Positions 9,197 through 19,699 are shown, counted from the stretch's first letter. The stretch: 20,000 nucleotides of DNA from Folioceros fuciformis (GCA_049999805.1 JBNGIO010003970.1:61403-81402); one strand, 5' to 3'. A program made the numbers and translations. The notes: a model not told the origin generated them from the letters alone.

Positions 9197-12100
9197 TCAG
9201 GGTAAATTGTATAATACATCCTGCCTCCCTTTGGCGTTCCTGGCCTGTATATCTGAATCCATACGCCTCATCATGTGACCAGACCGGGCTGCTGCTGCTT
9301 GACGTGCATGAGCTAAGTCTTTTCTGGTAATCATACCTATTACCCTGTAAATCGGAGGGTCGTTATATGGAGAATTGGAAATGCAGAACTTATTGCAAAC
9401 AAGCTGTCAACATGCTTGCCTGTTGCGTGAATCAGTGACACACAGGTGACGGAGTCCCAGGGTTCTGAATATAATGAACACCCGATGCGCCGAGCACTCC
9501 GCACGTACCTGGCATAGGAGCTTTCTTGTTAAAAAAAAGAAATGCTCGACCACAGTGGAGCATGATCAAGCAACAACGACTTACAGTCAGAGGGGCTCTG
9601 TTCATGAAGAGTCTCAGATCCAAAGCCAGATCTCTCTTGGGCACCTCCTCTGTATTGACCCTTATCTCAGACGTTTGGTTGCTCCCACTGGGTTCATTCG
9701 CAGACATCACAGGAGCTGGCACTGCTAAAACCTCTCCAACTTCCAAGTCTTCCAAAGCTTTGAGACCGGAGGAGAGGTCTCTACGATGTCGGTAATGGCA
9801 ATGATGGTACACCCTCATGGCATGATCCAGAAACAACTCATCGGCGCCAATATCTTTCTCTGGAGGAAGGGCTCTCGCCTTCATGTCCACCTCCACGAAC
9901 GCCCGTTGCTCGATCAAGACTAGGAGCTGATGCCTCAAGATCAGGCCAGCTAGTTGTCTTCCAGACGTGTCCTGCTGCAGAACAGGGAAACCATTGTGCT
10001 GACATGCACGAAGCTTCTCCATGACTTCCGACAGAAGAGGAACCTGAATTACACCCATACACACGAAGGACTCACAAGTTAGAACGACGTTAGCCCGCAC
10101 GAGCATCCACCTGATTGCAATCAACACAACGTGCAAAAAGCATGAGGTCAATAGCCGCTTCAAGACATCATGTACAACAGAGTGCAGAAGCATGGCATGC
10201 ATTGCCAGATTATCTTCTGTAAAAGTAGAAGCAGCCACCGGGAAATGATTTTCCACGTACAGGACACCCACCACCCACCTCTTCAAAGGTGACAAGATCC
10301 TCTGACATAATATCAGTCGCAGTATAATTTAGGAGCTCTTGTGATGGCTCACTGTGCAGGAAACATACATCCCCTGAAATGCAGTGCCTCAAAATATTAG
10401 ATCTAAAGGTGGAACCGGCAGAAAATGTGAGCATTATGCATCTATTTCCAGCGCAGTCTCCTGCTCCATTCAATCCCTACCAAGGTGATTCAAGTCTGCC
10501 TCATATGCACCCGATGAATGGATATAATGCGCAACATAATTGGACACAACAATTGCTAGAATAACTGGGAGAATAAATTCTATACCACCAGTTCCTTCCA
10601 CCATAATGACGACCTGTCAAACTCCAAATTGTCAAAAGCTTAGACGAAAGCTATGCAAATCTGCACTTAGGTCATGACCGTGTCCATGACAAAATTGGGC
10701 TGGACAATTTACCAGAGAAATGGATGCGCGAAAGACCCCACCAATCATAGCAGATGCTCCCATGAGAGCATGATGACCTGGCTGCACATTAGCACTGAAG
10801 GAAACGAGGGTTCATCTCCCTTCCGCAGAGAACATGTTACAGTTCCAAACTTCACCATGTACACCAGCTTCGACACAAACGAGTCACCTGGGAAGTAAAA
10901 GCTCATAAATGCGTCCCATGAAGGCTCCAAAAGAAGCACCAACCTGACAGTTACGATAGTTGTGAGAATGCAGAAACATGATCAGGACAAATTGCGTGCG
11001 CATAGCAACCAGATTTAGAACCTACCAAGATAGAAGGCATGAAAATGCCCCCTGGAGTAGCAATTCCATAGGAGAGAATAAACATAATCAAGAAGGAGAC
11101 AGAATGAATCCCCAAACTGCTTATTGTGAAAGGCGCTCCCACAGATCCGCCCAGTTCAAGAAGCTTCTGTATTGTCTGCAACACCAATCCATTAGCACAG
11201 GTAAAGTCTTACAGCTATTTGGTTTGGCAAGTCTGGATTTTCCTCACCTCATGAGGTAGTGAAAAGTACATGGTTGCCAGGTCATTGTAGACTGGCACAT
11301 CCCCATTTTCTTGCTTTGCGGAGCAGGCATATTGAAACCAGTAAGGATCTGGGACCATTTGACTGCATTACATACAGCAATTAATTGCAGTAAATAACCT
11401 GGCCCTCTGCTCAACCATCTTTCATGGTAAAGCTCAATCCACGAGGATAGCTCAGACTCAATCAACTTACTCTTTCTGAATTTCTAGACAGCGCCCGAAA
11501 AAAAAGGGGAGAACGAACATAAGTACAATGCAAATAAAAGTGACGAGGCATGCCTCAACCAGCCTGGACACAGAAACACATGAGCCAAAAGATCAGAAGA
11601 CGATCCCTTTTTGGAGATGAATTGCTTTAAAAAGGCAAGAACGCTCTCTCTGAGACATCTTACCTTCGCACCTTGTTGGCTGACGGCGGCCTCCAATTTA
11701 TTAGCCAAGTGTGACTCATGTTAAGGAGCGCCCCCATGATGCCCGCTCCCAAGCTTGTTACGACAAATAGTGGCAGATCGTTGAGATTGAACTCTGGCTG
11801 CATGAAACAAACCTGCCCAGTTACTTCTAATGCACCAAAGAGACTTCAAACGATGAAAGTACGACAAAAACGTCAAGCACAACACAGAAAGCTCATGGTA
11901 TACTACCACAAGTGTTTCCTACGTTTACCTCAAGTCCATGGAATGATAGATGGCTCGGAAGGACGAAGGAGAAACCTCTGAAAGATTTCAACAACAGTGC
12001 ATCATATTCAAGTCACATCACGCCTAAGAATGTGGGCATACTCAAAACCAGGTTGATCGCAAACCAAACGTCATAGGAGGAGACATACCTGTCTTGCAGC

Positions 12101-13886
12101 CAAGCAATCACCATGGTTGCCGTGGCTGTGCAAACAATTGAACGCCACATGACCTTTACATTCAATACTAAGTCAACTGATCACAGACATGTGGCTGGAC
12201 TGATAAGGTCGAAGCAGGTGTCAATCCGGGACATAAAAGATGAAAGTGCATGAAAGTTTCGTGCGTACACCTTTCGGGACCAGAAACTTGATGCTTCCTC
12301 AAGTGAGAAGAGCACACCCCCGATAGGAGCTCCAAACGCAGCTGCCAAACTGCTCAAGCAGGTATACAGTGTTAATGATTCTCTTTTCCAAACACACAAA
12401 GACTTTCACCATGACACTTGAGAAACAAGATGTCTCAAGAAGCATTTTGTTTTCAATAATCTCAAGCACTAGGAGGTAGACAACTACCCGGCCGCAGTGC
12501 CAGCTGAGATGAACTCTCTGCGATCCTTATCATTGTGAAAATCCTGCGGATGATGTCCACAACGTAGACAAAGGAGTGTGTTGGTTTAAGAAGTGCTGTT
12601 TGGCACTGCTGGTGCTGATCGATGTGTTGCAAAACCATTCAATTTTGACTTACAAGTTGACACGCTTTTGGTTGACAAAAGCAGAAACAGATATCTGCTT
12701 TGGCCGAATGCTTTTTCTTCTTAGAGGTGGGAAACTCGCCGTGCATCCAGGTCAGAGTGGAAGCCACGGCTCCCCCAATGTGAACCATAGGACCTTCCTG
12801 ACCAAGCTGTAGACATGCAAATGGGACTGTCTGAGCATATTCCATTCCAGTCCATTATCCGGCAAATGCAGGGTGAGGGTAAGATTGGAACTCACAGGAA
12901 GACCCGACGATATGGTGCAAACAGTTCCGATAATCTGGAGCCCGAAAATTCAGTAAGAGTAAACATTTTCGACTCCTTGAGCTCATCATCCCAAAGTGGT
13001 ACCTCGAATCAAGTCCAGAGCAGAAGCAGAGGAACGCAAGGAGGATTGCAGGGCAGTTGGAGGATGCAAACCTTAGCAATCAAGGTATCAAATTTGAAAA
13101 AATTAGGAATATCATTCCCGTTTAGATAAGCAATGACTAAAGTGACCTGCATAAGATGAGCAGGTGCACGTGAGCTGCCCTGTTTGCTCTTGAACACAAG
13201 CTCGCGTCATAGCGTAATGGCGTCCCAAAATGATAACCACGAAATTGCGCCAGCACACTAACTCACCCCACCACCAGCTGCAGCAGGAGCCAAGTAGAGG
13301 ACCACGCAGCTTGAGATCAGAACAAGCAGCATGCCAAAGGAGGCGTAGCCAAGAAAGGCAACCCACAAGCCCCCACGGTTGATGAATTCCTGAGCCAAGT
13401 GCTTCTGCGCAGCAGGCAAGACAGACGGGAGGAGGGTAAGCATGGATTCGCCCACAACCGAAAACCGAGCTGCATTGTTACCTTGTTCACAATGATGAAC
13501 TCCTGGCTGGTGGAAATGCAGTGGCCCAGCAATCCTACCAATACGCCCACCACGAGTGTGATGCTCCATTTGACCAAAGTGAGCCCGGTGTATCTGGCAG
13601 ACGATCAGAGGTTGGATCATGGATGCGGGGGAAGCCAGAGCTGTCCCGACGTAGGAGCAGATGAGAGCAGATACCCGTAGAGATGCCGCTGCAGCGATCT
13701 CCGCTTGGAATGAGCGTACACAGTGCTGTGAATGGGTTCGTAATCCAGACTCTCTACTCCCAGCCCGTCTCCATTGAGCGCGTCGCTGGTCTCCGGCTCC
13801 GATTCCGGCACCGACTCCGACTCCGGCACCGCCTCCGACTCCGGCACCGCCTCCAGCAGAGGTTGCTGGGCGGAGGCCGGCTCCAT
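9197..13886 (-). CDS. CLC: CLC-family anion channel/transporter with two CBS domains; 21 exons: 13886-13675, 13593-13482, 13404-13267, 13146-13072, 12934-12896, 12806-12654, 12543-12488, 12349-12271, 12153-12089, 11977-11929, 11797(or 11812)-11664, 11563-11471, 11362-11248, 11175-11026, 10943-10888, 10794-10713, 10613-10481, 10373-10279, 10043-9585, 9508-9420, 9344-9197; about 843 aa
   Basis: Motifs in order: [100 protein letters not shown]1 HNGFPV, CBS2 [29 protein letters not shown]. The exons sum to 2532 nt in one open frame. The last intron is GC-AG. Confidence 0.95.
13797..13854. repeat. Coding 18-bp tandem repeat x3 (EAVPES units) in CLC exon 1
   Basis: ctccgattccggcaccga / ctccgactccggcaccgc / ctccgactccggcaccgc encodes [19 protein letters not shown] on the minus strand. 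Confidence 0.92.
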
Positions 13887-13896
13887 GTGGGATCCC

Positions 13897-14030
13897 GGGT
13901 GCTGGCAGGCGCTCTAGAGGCGAGGGTGCTGCCAGGCCCTCTATAGGCGAGGGTGCTGCCAGGCCCTCTAAAGGCGAGGGTGCTGCCTGGCCCTCTAAAG
14001 GCGAGGGTGCTGCCAGCCATTTCCAGGCGA
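13897..14030. repeat. 27-bp minisatellite x~5 immediately upstream of the CLC ATG
   Basis: Unit gggtgctgccaggccctcta(a/t/g)aggcga starts at 13897, 13924, 13951 and 13978, with a degenerate copy at 14005. Confidence 0.95.
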
Positions 14031-14343
14031 CGGGATGTAGTGTAGTGGTTTATTTTGATTAAAATAGGGGTTTATTTTATTAAAATAGGGTTAATAGTGG
14101 TATGGTTTGGTTTTTTTTTCTACTTATTTTCTTTAATTTTCTGGTTATTTTCTACTAATATTATTAATTAATTAAGAATAATTTATTTAGTTATTAGAGT
14201 AGATATAGGTTTAGTCCCTAGAATAGTTTAGGTTGGTACTGGACCATAAAAGATCTAAAAAGTTTGAATGTAGGTTTGTTGATTAGTTTAATAATAATTG
14301 TCTAGAAGTGGAATATGGGATATGTCAGGGTGAAATACTTGGT

Positions 14344-14384
14344 TGGCTAGGGTCAGATACCTGGCTAGGGTTAGATACCTGGCT
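14344..14384. repeat. 18-bp tandem duplication
   Basis: tggctagggtcagatacc / tggctagggttagatacc / tggct. Confidence 0.8.
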
Positions 14385-14896
14385 GGCTGATTGCATGATG
14401 GACTAAATGGCAGTGGAGGCCGTGCCCTAGCTAGGGCACGGACTACGGCTACTCCCATCCCTCTCTTCCTCTCTTCTCCTCTTGTCCCCACTTCCTCTTC
14501 TCCTTCTTCCTTCTCTATCTCCCCGTCCTGTTTGTCCATGGATTCAAGTTGAAGGTAAGAGGGCGAGACACAGGGCTTCAGATTTGATTGGCGAAGCAGA
14601 CCAAAGGAACCTCATGCAAGCGGGGCTGCTTGCTATGTTTCCCATTTTTTCTTCCTCCCACATTCTCTCCACCTTTCCCATCCCGCTACTAGCCAAAGAG
14701 TGTTGGATCCAGCTCTGTCCTCAACTCCAAACTTAGCCCAATTTCCAGCCCCCGCTGTCACGCTATCTTTCTAACCTTGCGCCACTATCTAGAGCCCAAT
14801 GCGCATCCAACCCAGCCCAATCAGCCCTGCTCTCCATTTCCAGGCTAATTACAGTTTAGATCCCATGCGCTCTCCTTCTACCTCTGCCCATCCTCT

Positions 14897-14977
14897 TGCA
14901 GCTAGATGGAAGCCGCCGTCCACTGCAGCTAGATGGAAGCCGCCGTCCACTGCAGCTAGATGGAAGCCACCGTCCAC
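14897..14977. repeat. 27-bp tandem repeat x3
   Basis: tgcagctagatggaagcc(g/a)ccgtccac at 14897, 14924 and 14951. Confidence 0.95.
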
Positions 14978-15555
14978 TCCGATTTCAGCCTGCCAATCCC
15001 CTCACCCCCTTCGCCGAGACGTAGCAAATCCAGCGTTGCGGCAGTGCTGCTGCTGCCCCCCCTCTCCAACCCGCTCCTTCGCCATCCCCTTCGCTCCCTC
15101 CCTTGCCTGTATCCACTGCTTTAAGGTCTGTATATGGTTTGTATACGTACACACCCCTCCCCAATGTATTTTATACTTATTTGCTCAAAATATATTTTAT
15201 ACTTATTTGATACGTATTTAATATATATACGGCATTCATATATGCATATACTTCTTTTCTATTTTTTTAATTTTTTCCTTATTTTTTGAATTTAATTCCA
15301 GAAATTTTGAATTTGCTCTTTCTCATTGCTTTCTACCCCTCACAATTCAAGACCTTATCCCAGCACCCCGGAATGAGTTTCCCAAGGCTGCGGAACTGTT
15401 TCGGCTATAAGTCAATTATGCTGAATAAGCTGTTGACTTCATGCCTCATGCTCGGTTTTGGTTGCTTATCACACTTTTTCTCTTCCCTTTCTTCTTCCAT
15501 AGCTCGTACTCCGCCCATAGAGGCAGGCTCAACAACCAAGGGGGAACAATTGCAA

Positions 15556-15638
15556 GGGCAGCCATCCAGCAAGGGAAGGCTTTGGGGCAGCCATTCAGCA
15601 AGGGAAGGCTTTGGGGCAGCCATCCAGCAAGGGAAGGC
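15556..15638. repeat. 29-bp tandem repeat x~3
   Basis: gggcagccat(c/t)cagcaagggaaggctttg at 15556, 15585 and 15614 (last copy partial). Confidence 0.93.
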
Positions 15639-15800
15639 AAGATCTTTGAAGATCATGCATCCTTCAAGGTTTTTGAATAGTTTAATAGGTGGTGGATACT
15701 TGTGACGGTAGGGTCAGCGGGTTGTAGGCCAACTCAGACTGTCCCTGCTTGGATACAGCAGTGAGTGTATGCGGGCTGTGCATGTGTGCACCGTCTAGTA

Positions 15801-15998
15801 AAGCTTTGAGAGACTGTCTTTATTGCATCCACACTTTATGAAGCTTTGAGAAGACTGTCCTTATTGTATCCACACTTTGTGAAGCTTTGAGAAGACTGTC
15901 CTTATATCCACACTTTGCGAAGCTTTGAGAAGACTGTCCTTATATCCACACTTTGCGAAGCTTTGAGAAGACTGTCCTTATTGTATCCACACTTTGCG
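15801..15998. repeat. 38-41-bp minisatellite x5
   Basis: aagctttgagaagactgtccttat(tgt)atccacacttt(g/a)(c/t)g at 15801, 15841, 15882, 15920 and 15958. Confidence 0.96.
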
Positions 15999-16030
15999 AT
16001 CTCTCTCATATTGTCCCTGGTTGGATAGGG

Positions 16031-16156
16031 TAGTGTGTGCGGGCTAGTGTGTGCGGGCTGTGATACGTAGTGCGTGCGGGCTGTGATACGTAGTGTGTGC
16101 GGGCTGTGATACGATAGTGTGTGCGGGCTGTGATACGGTAGTGTGTGCGGGCTGTG
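16031..16156. repeat. 23-24-bp minisatellite x~5.5
   Basis: tagtgtgtgcgggctgtgatacg at 16045, 16068, 16091, 16115 and 16139 (partial), plus a truncated unit at 16031. Confidence 0.95.
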
Positions 16157-16247
16157 TATATGTGCAGCATATGTGATGGCTAGTAAAGCTTTGAGAAGTG
16201 GTGGCAGGGTTAAGGCGGGGTCCCTGTAATTCTTGATCTTACCGTCG

Positions 16248-16520
16248 GGGCTGGAGTGAGTGTGCTCTCAGGACTGGAGGGAGTGTGCTCTCGGGGCTGG
16301 AGTGAGTGGTAACGTCTCAGGGCTGGAGTGAGTGCTAACGTCTCAGGGCTGGAGTGAGTGCCTGCTTGTGGCAGGGCTGGAGTGAGAGTGTCTGCTTGTG
16401 GCAGGGCTGGAGTGAGAGTGCCTGCTAGTGGCAGGGCTGGAGTGAGTGCCGACGCATGTGCTTGCCTGCTTGTGGCAGAGCTGGAGTGAGTGCCGAAGCA
16501 TGTGCGTGCCTGCTTGTGGC
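16248..16520. repeat. Variable-length minisatellite, 9 units sharing the core GGGCTGGAGTGAG
   Basis: Core at 16248, 16271, 16294, 16320, 16346, 16374, 16404, 16434 and 16478, giving spacings of 23, 23, 26, 26, 28, 30, 30 and 44. Confidence 0.93.
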
Positions 16521-16575
16521 GGCAAAACCCCGGCACTGTTTGCCAAAGGTTCGACCAAGCAGGCACGCACATGCT
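16497..16575. other. Perfect 20-bp inverted repeat (hairpin)
   Basis: agcatgtgcgtgcctgcttg (16497-16516) is the exact reverse complement of caagcaggcacgcacatgct (16556-16575). The loop holds an inner stem ggcaaa/tttgcc. Confidence 0.9.
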
Positions 16576-17439
16576 GGCATGTTGACAAGGAATTTAGTGG
16601 GGAGCGGGGGAAAGCGATCTGAAACAGTGGAGACGGGTGGAGTGAGCCTACAGTCGCGCAGCACAAAAATGGTATGGCAAGAATGGGAGGCGGGACTGAC
16701 TCTCGGAGGTCGCAGCATACTGCAGGAATTTAAGAGCAAGTCGTGCTGGAGGTCTTCTGGAAGCACGAACCAGCAGCAGTGGAGGCGGCGGTAGCGGTAG
16801 CGGCGGCATGAGTCTCGGCCCGAACTGCGGCAGGAGCGGTAACTGGACTGCAAGAGAAGCAGCGCGACATCGGGATTCAGTGACAACTGGTAGCAGTGCT
16901 GGCGCTACTGTAGGCCCAGAAGCCCGTGGGGGTGTCACTTAGTAATCCTGCTGCACATGCCCGCCACTGGCCTGCTCATTTTAGTAACTAGAATGGAAGC
17001 TCAAGCTCTCAACCTGGACTCTGCCAAACTCGGCCGACGGTCTGCGCTGTGGTTGGTTTTTTGGGCCTTCTGCGCCCCCCGGCGACTCGTCTATCCTGTC
17101 CAAGATTCTGCGGCTTCGGCCTTTCGGTCTCCCTGACAAGATTGACAAGGCGAAAGTAAGTTGCACCCTGCTATGGACTGGCGGATTTGGCACTGCAGCA
17201 CAGGATCATGTCCAGTGCACCATCATGCCTGGACTAGTGTATCTGTCCATCTGGACTCTGCACGTCGGGAGAGGAGACTGTTGATGATCTATCGCAAACT
17301 CATGCAGGCCAGGGGCCCACAGGGAGGATCATGTCCCTACCTTCAGTGTGTGATACATTTTGGTACTGAAGAAGATAGTTGTGCTCCGGTACAGGCAAAG
17401 CTGTACATACCAGTACATACCTGCCCACTACCCCACTAA

Positions 17440-19555
17440 CTAGCCTTGCCGCTGCTGGTAAGGGAAGCCAGACGCGAGCCGGGACAACGTGAGCGACGCG
17501 ACCACAGCCAGGCCGGCGAACACGAAAAACTCGTTTGCCATGGACAGCCTTTCCCCGATTATGGCCACCATGATAATGGTCACCAGGTTGCCTGCGCAAA
17601 CTCAGTGTCACAAGCAAGGGGTCTGGTGAAAGCCTCCAACAAAGGTACCAAGATAGCTATTGAGTGGCAGTTAGACAGTGACACTTGGGGCAGAAAGGGC
17701 AGAGCAGGGGGTTTGCTGAAATGCACGGGAAACAAGGTAAAGCAAGGAGAAGGAGAAGCAAACCCACCAGCTGCCACGGTGAGCATCCACGCCGACTGCG
17801 CCGCTGCTTTCATGGTGGACGGTGCCTCGCTGTAGGCGAAGGCGGATCCTGTTGCCAAGCCACGTGTTCCAATCATGACACGCACATAGGGCAGTAAGTC
17901 AGGACCAGGAGGTGGAAGGAATGCAGCATCTCACACGTACCAGTGACGCTGAAGAGAACCTCTCCGGCCGTGATGAGCACGTACTGCGGCAGTTGCCAGA
18001 GGATGCAAAGCTGCTGCTCTCCGTGAGTCTCGATTGCCAGCTGAAGCAGCCCGGCTACCACGAAGGCTAGCGCAGCCAGCACAATGCCAACCACCATTCT
18101 TGCCAGAGGCGAGAAACGCACTCCTAAATCCCGTAGGCCGGGATATATCAGCTGGTCTGCTACTGGGATCATGAGCAGCACCAGCGTCGGGTTCAAGGCC
18201 TGAGGTAGCAGGCACCCCACACAAGCATTAGTTTACAAGGTTAGTCTCAGCTTTGGCTCTCTCTCTTGCACGTTTTGTTGGTCCAGGAGCATCAATCCAA
18301 CACCCGCACATATGGATGCTACAATGCACGCATGGATGGCTTGGCCCTGGGCCCTCGGCTTGGCTTACCACCATCTGATCTGGTTGGATGACCAATCCCC
18401 CCAGCCAGGAAATGCGCCCATTCAACTTGCTGCCCTGGAACACCCACTTGGAGGACTGCTGGTCGCCAAGAGCCCAATACACAGGAGTGGGCAGCAGCAC
18501 CAAGATCACCCGCAACAGCCTCTTGAGATCCTCCACCTCACTTTCATCGTGCTTCACCTTGGCACCATCCAACCAGTGTCCCCCTGTATTGCTACTGCTG
18601 CTGCTTCCCTCGCTACTCTGCTCCAAAAGGAGGGGAGCTTTTTCCTCCTTCTTGCCTCTAACCTTCCAGGCATCCCTAGCTATTCTCATGACCGACCCAT
18701 AAACATTCGCGTCCGGTGACCTCACCACATACGACCTCCTGCCTCCCCAAAATGCGGACAGAGCCAGCAGGGCCATCACACCCAGCACCGTGAAGGCCAC
18801 AGCGTAGGATGTCCTGGCTCTAAGGAAAGGAGTCAGCAGCTTGGTCAACACGGAGGCCGAGTTGGCCACGAAGTAGAATAGCGAGAAAAACCTGCGCTGC
18901 ACGAGCTCGCGGGTGCCCAAGTTCCAAACAGAGTACTCCACCTGGTCCGCCCCGAATGCACAGATGCAGGGCCTCATCCCCCCGGCACTGAGACCAACTA
19001 GAAAGATTCCCAAAGACGAGGCGCACACCAGTGCCGCCCGGGGCGACCAAGTGACTGCATCTCGTAGAGACGACAGCAGCAGTATCCAGATGCCCGCAAC
19101 GTCGAAGACTTCCAGCCAGAAGATAGTGCGATAGCTGCCCTGCCACCACATTCATTCAGCACCCAACTGTGAGTCCCACAGCCAGCAGTGCAACTCTCAT
19201 CAAGCTCAACTTCTTCGGTCAATAAGAGTTGAACAGCATCGTGACCTACCCACACACCGTCGCTCACGAAGCCGCTCAGCAGGGGCGCGGTGTATGTCAC
19301 CACCACAAACAGATGAACAAGCTCGGTGGCTGTGTTCTCGCTTAAACCCAGATGCTGATACAGGTACAACGCTAGCACAGCCTTCAGACCATAGAACACA
19401 AATCTTTCCGGGAACTCTGAGGCCACCAGGAACTTGATGCTGGACGGGAAGGAGCTGAAGTAGCCAGCACTAGCCACGCTATATCCGCTGGCCACTTCTG
19501 GGAGAGGCAGCGCTTCTGCGTCGTCGGCGGGCACGGGAGTCGTCGTTGCTGCCAT
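17440..19555 (-). CDS. Proton-dependent oligopeptide transporter (POT/PTR, SLC15/PEPT1-like); 5 exons: 19555-19250, 19139-18369, 18199-17941, 17848-17768, 17591-17440; 522 aa
   Basis: Motifs: EFPERFVFYG (ExxERF), PLLSGFVSD, GGMRPCICAFGADQ, RFFSLFYFVANS, HWLDGAK, PVYWALGDQQSSKWVFQ, IQPDQMVALNP, WQLPQYVLITAGEVLFSVTG, YSEAPSTMK, WMLTVAAGN. Introns are GT-AG and frame-consistent; TAG is at 17440-17442. Confidence 0.95.
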
Positions 19556-19699
19556 CTCCCGTCAGTTTAGGCCCCTGAGCTACTCGCTTGCCTTCTCCGC
19601 CGCGGCATCTGTTGGAGGGCTACTGACAATCCGGTCCGTGCGGTGCGCAGTTGCAGGAACATTCTTCAAAAAAAAAACGTGTCAAGCTGAGTGATTGAG

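Larger units (their letters stand above)
15701..16938 (+). mobile_element. Candidate LTR-like retrotransposon remnant
   Basis: Begins TGTGAC just after a purine-rich tract (aataggtggtggatac) and ends GGGGGTGTCAC, with the terminal A missing. It encloses three minisatellites. No TSD, partner LTR or gag/pol coding sequence was seen. Confidence 0.3.

Noticed and set aside
9310-9330. Possible frameshift in the A-run at CLC ITRKDL
   Set aside because: Recounting gives ACC AGA AAA GAC TTA, so the frame is intact.
15801-16520. CRISPR-like appearance of the repeat arrays
   Set aside because: The context is eukaryotic with no cas genes. Units are tandem with no unique spacers, and the variable parts are related to their neighbours.
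16556-16575. Resemblance of the hairpin arm to miR164 (AAGCAGG.CACG)
   Set aside because: Only a partial match to the remembered mature sequence, lacking the UGGAGA 5' end, and the arm derives from the local repeat.
14799-16938. ORFs of 80-153 aa in the repeat island (e.g. AARWKPPST and TLTPALPQA repeats)
   Set aside because: They are explained by stop-poor tandem repeats. No gag, RT, integrase or transposase motifs were recognised.
1220-19555. A functional gene cluster or operon-like system
   Set aside because: The six genes have unrelated functions, and their adjacency is explained by genome compactness.
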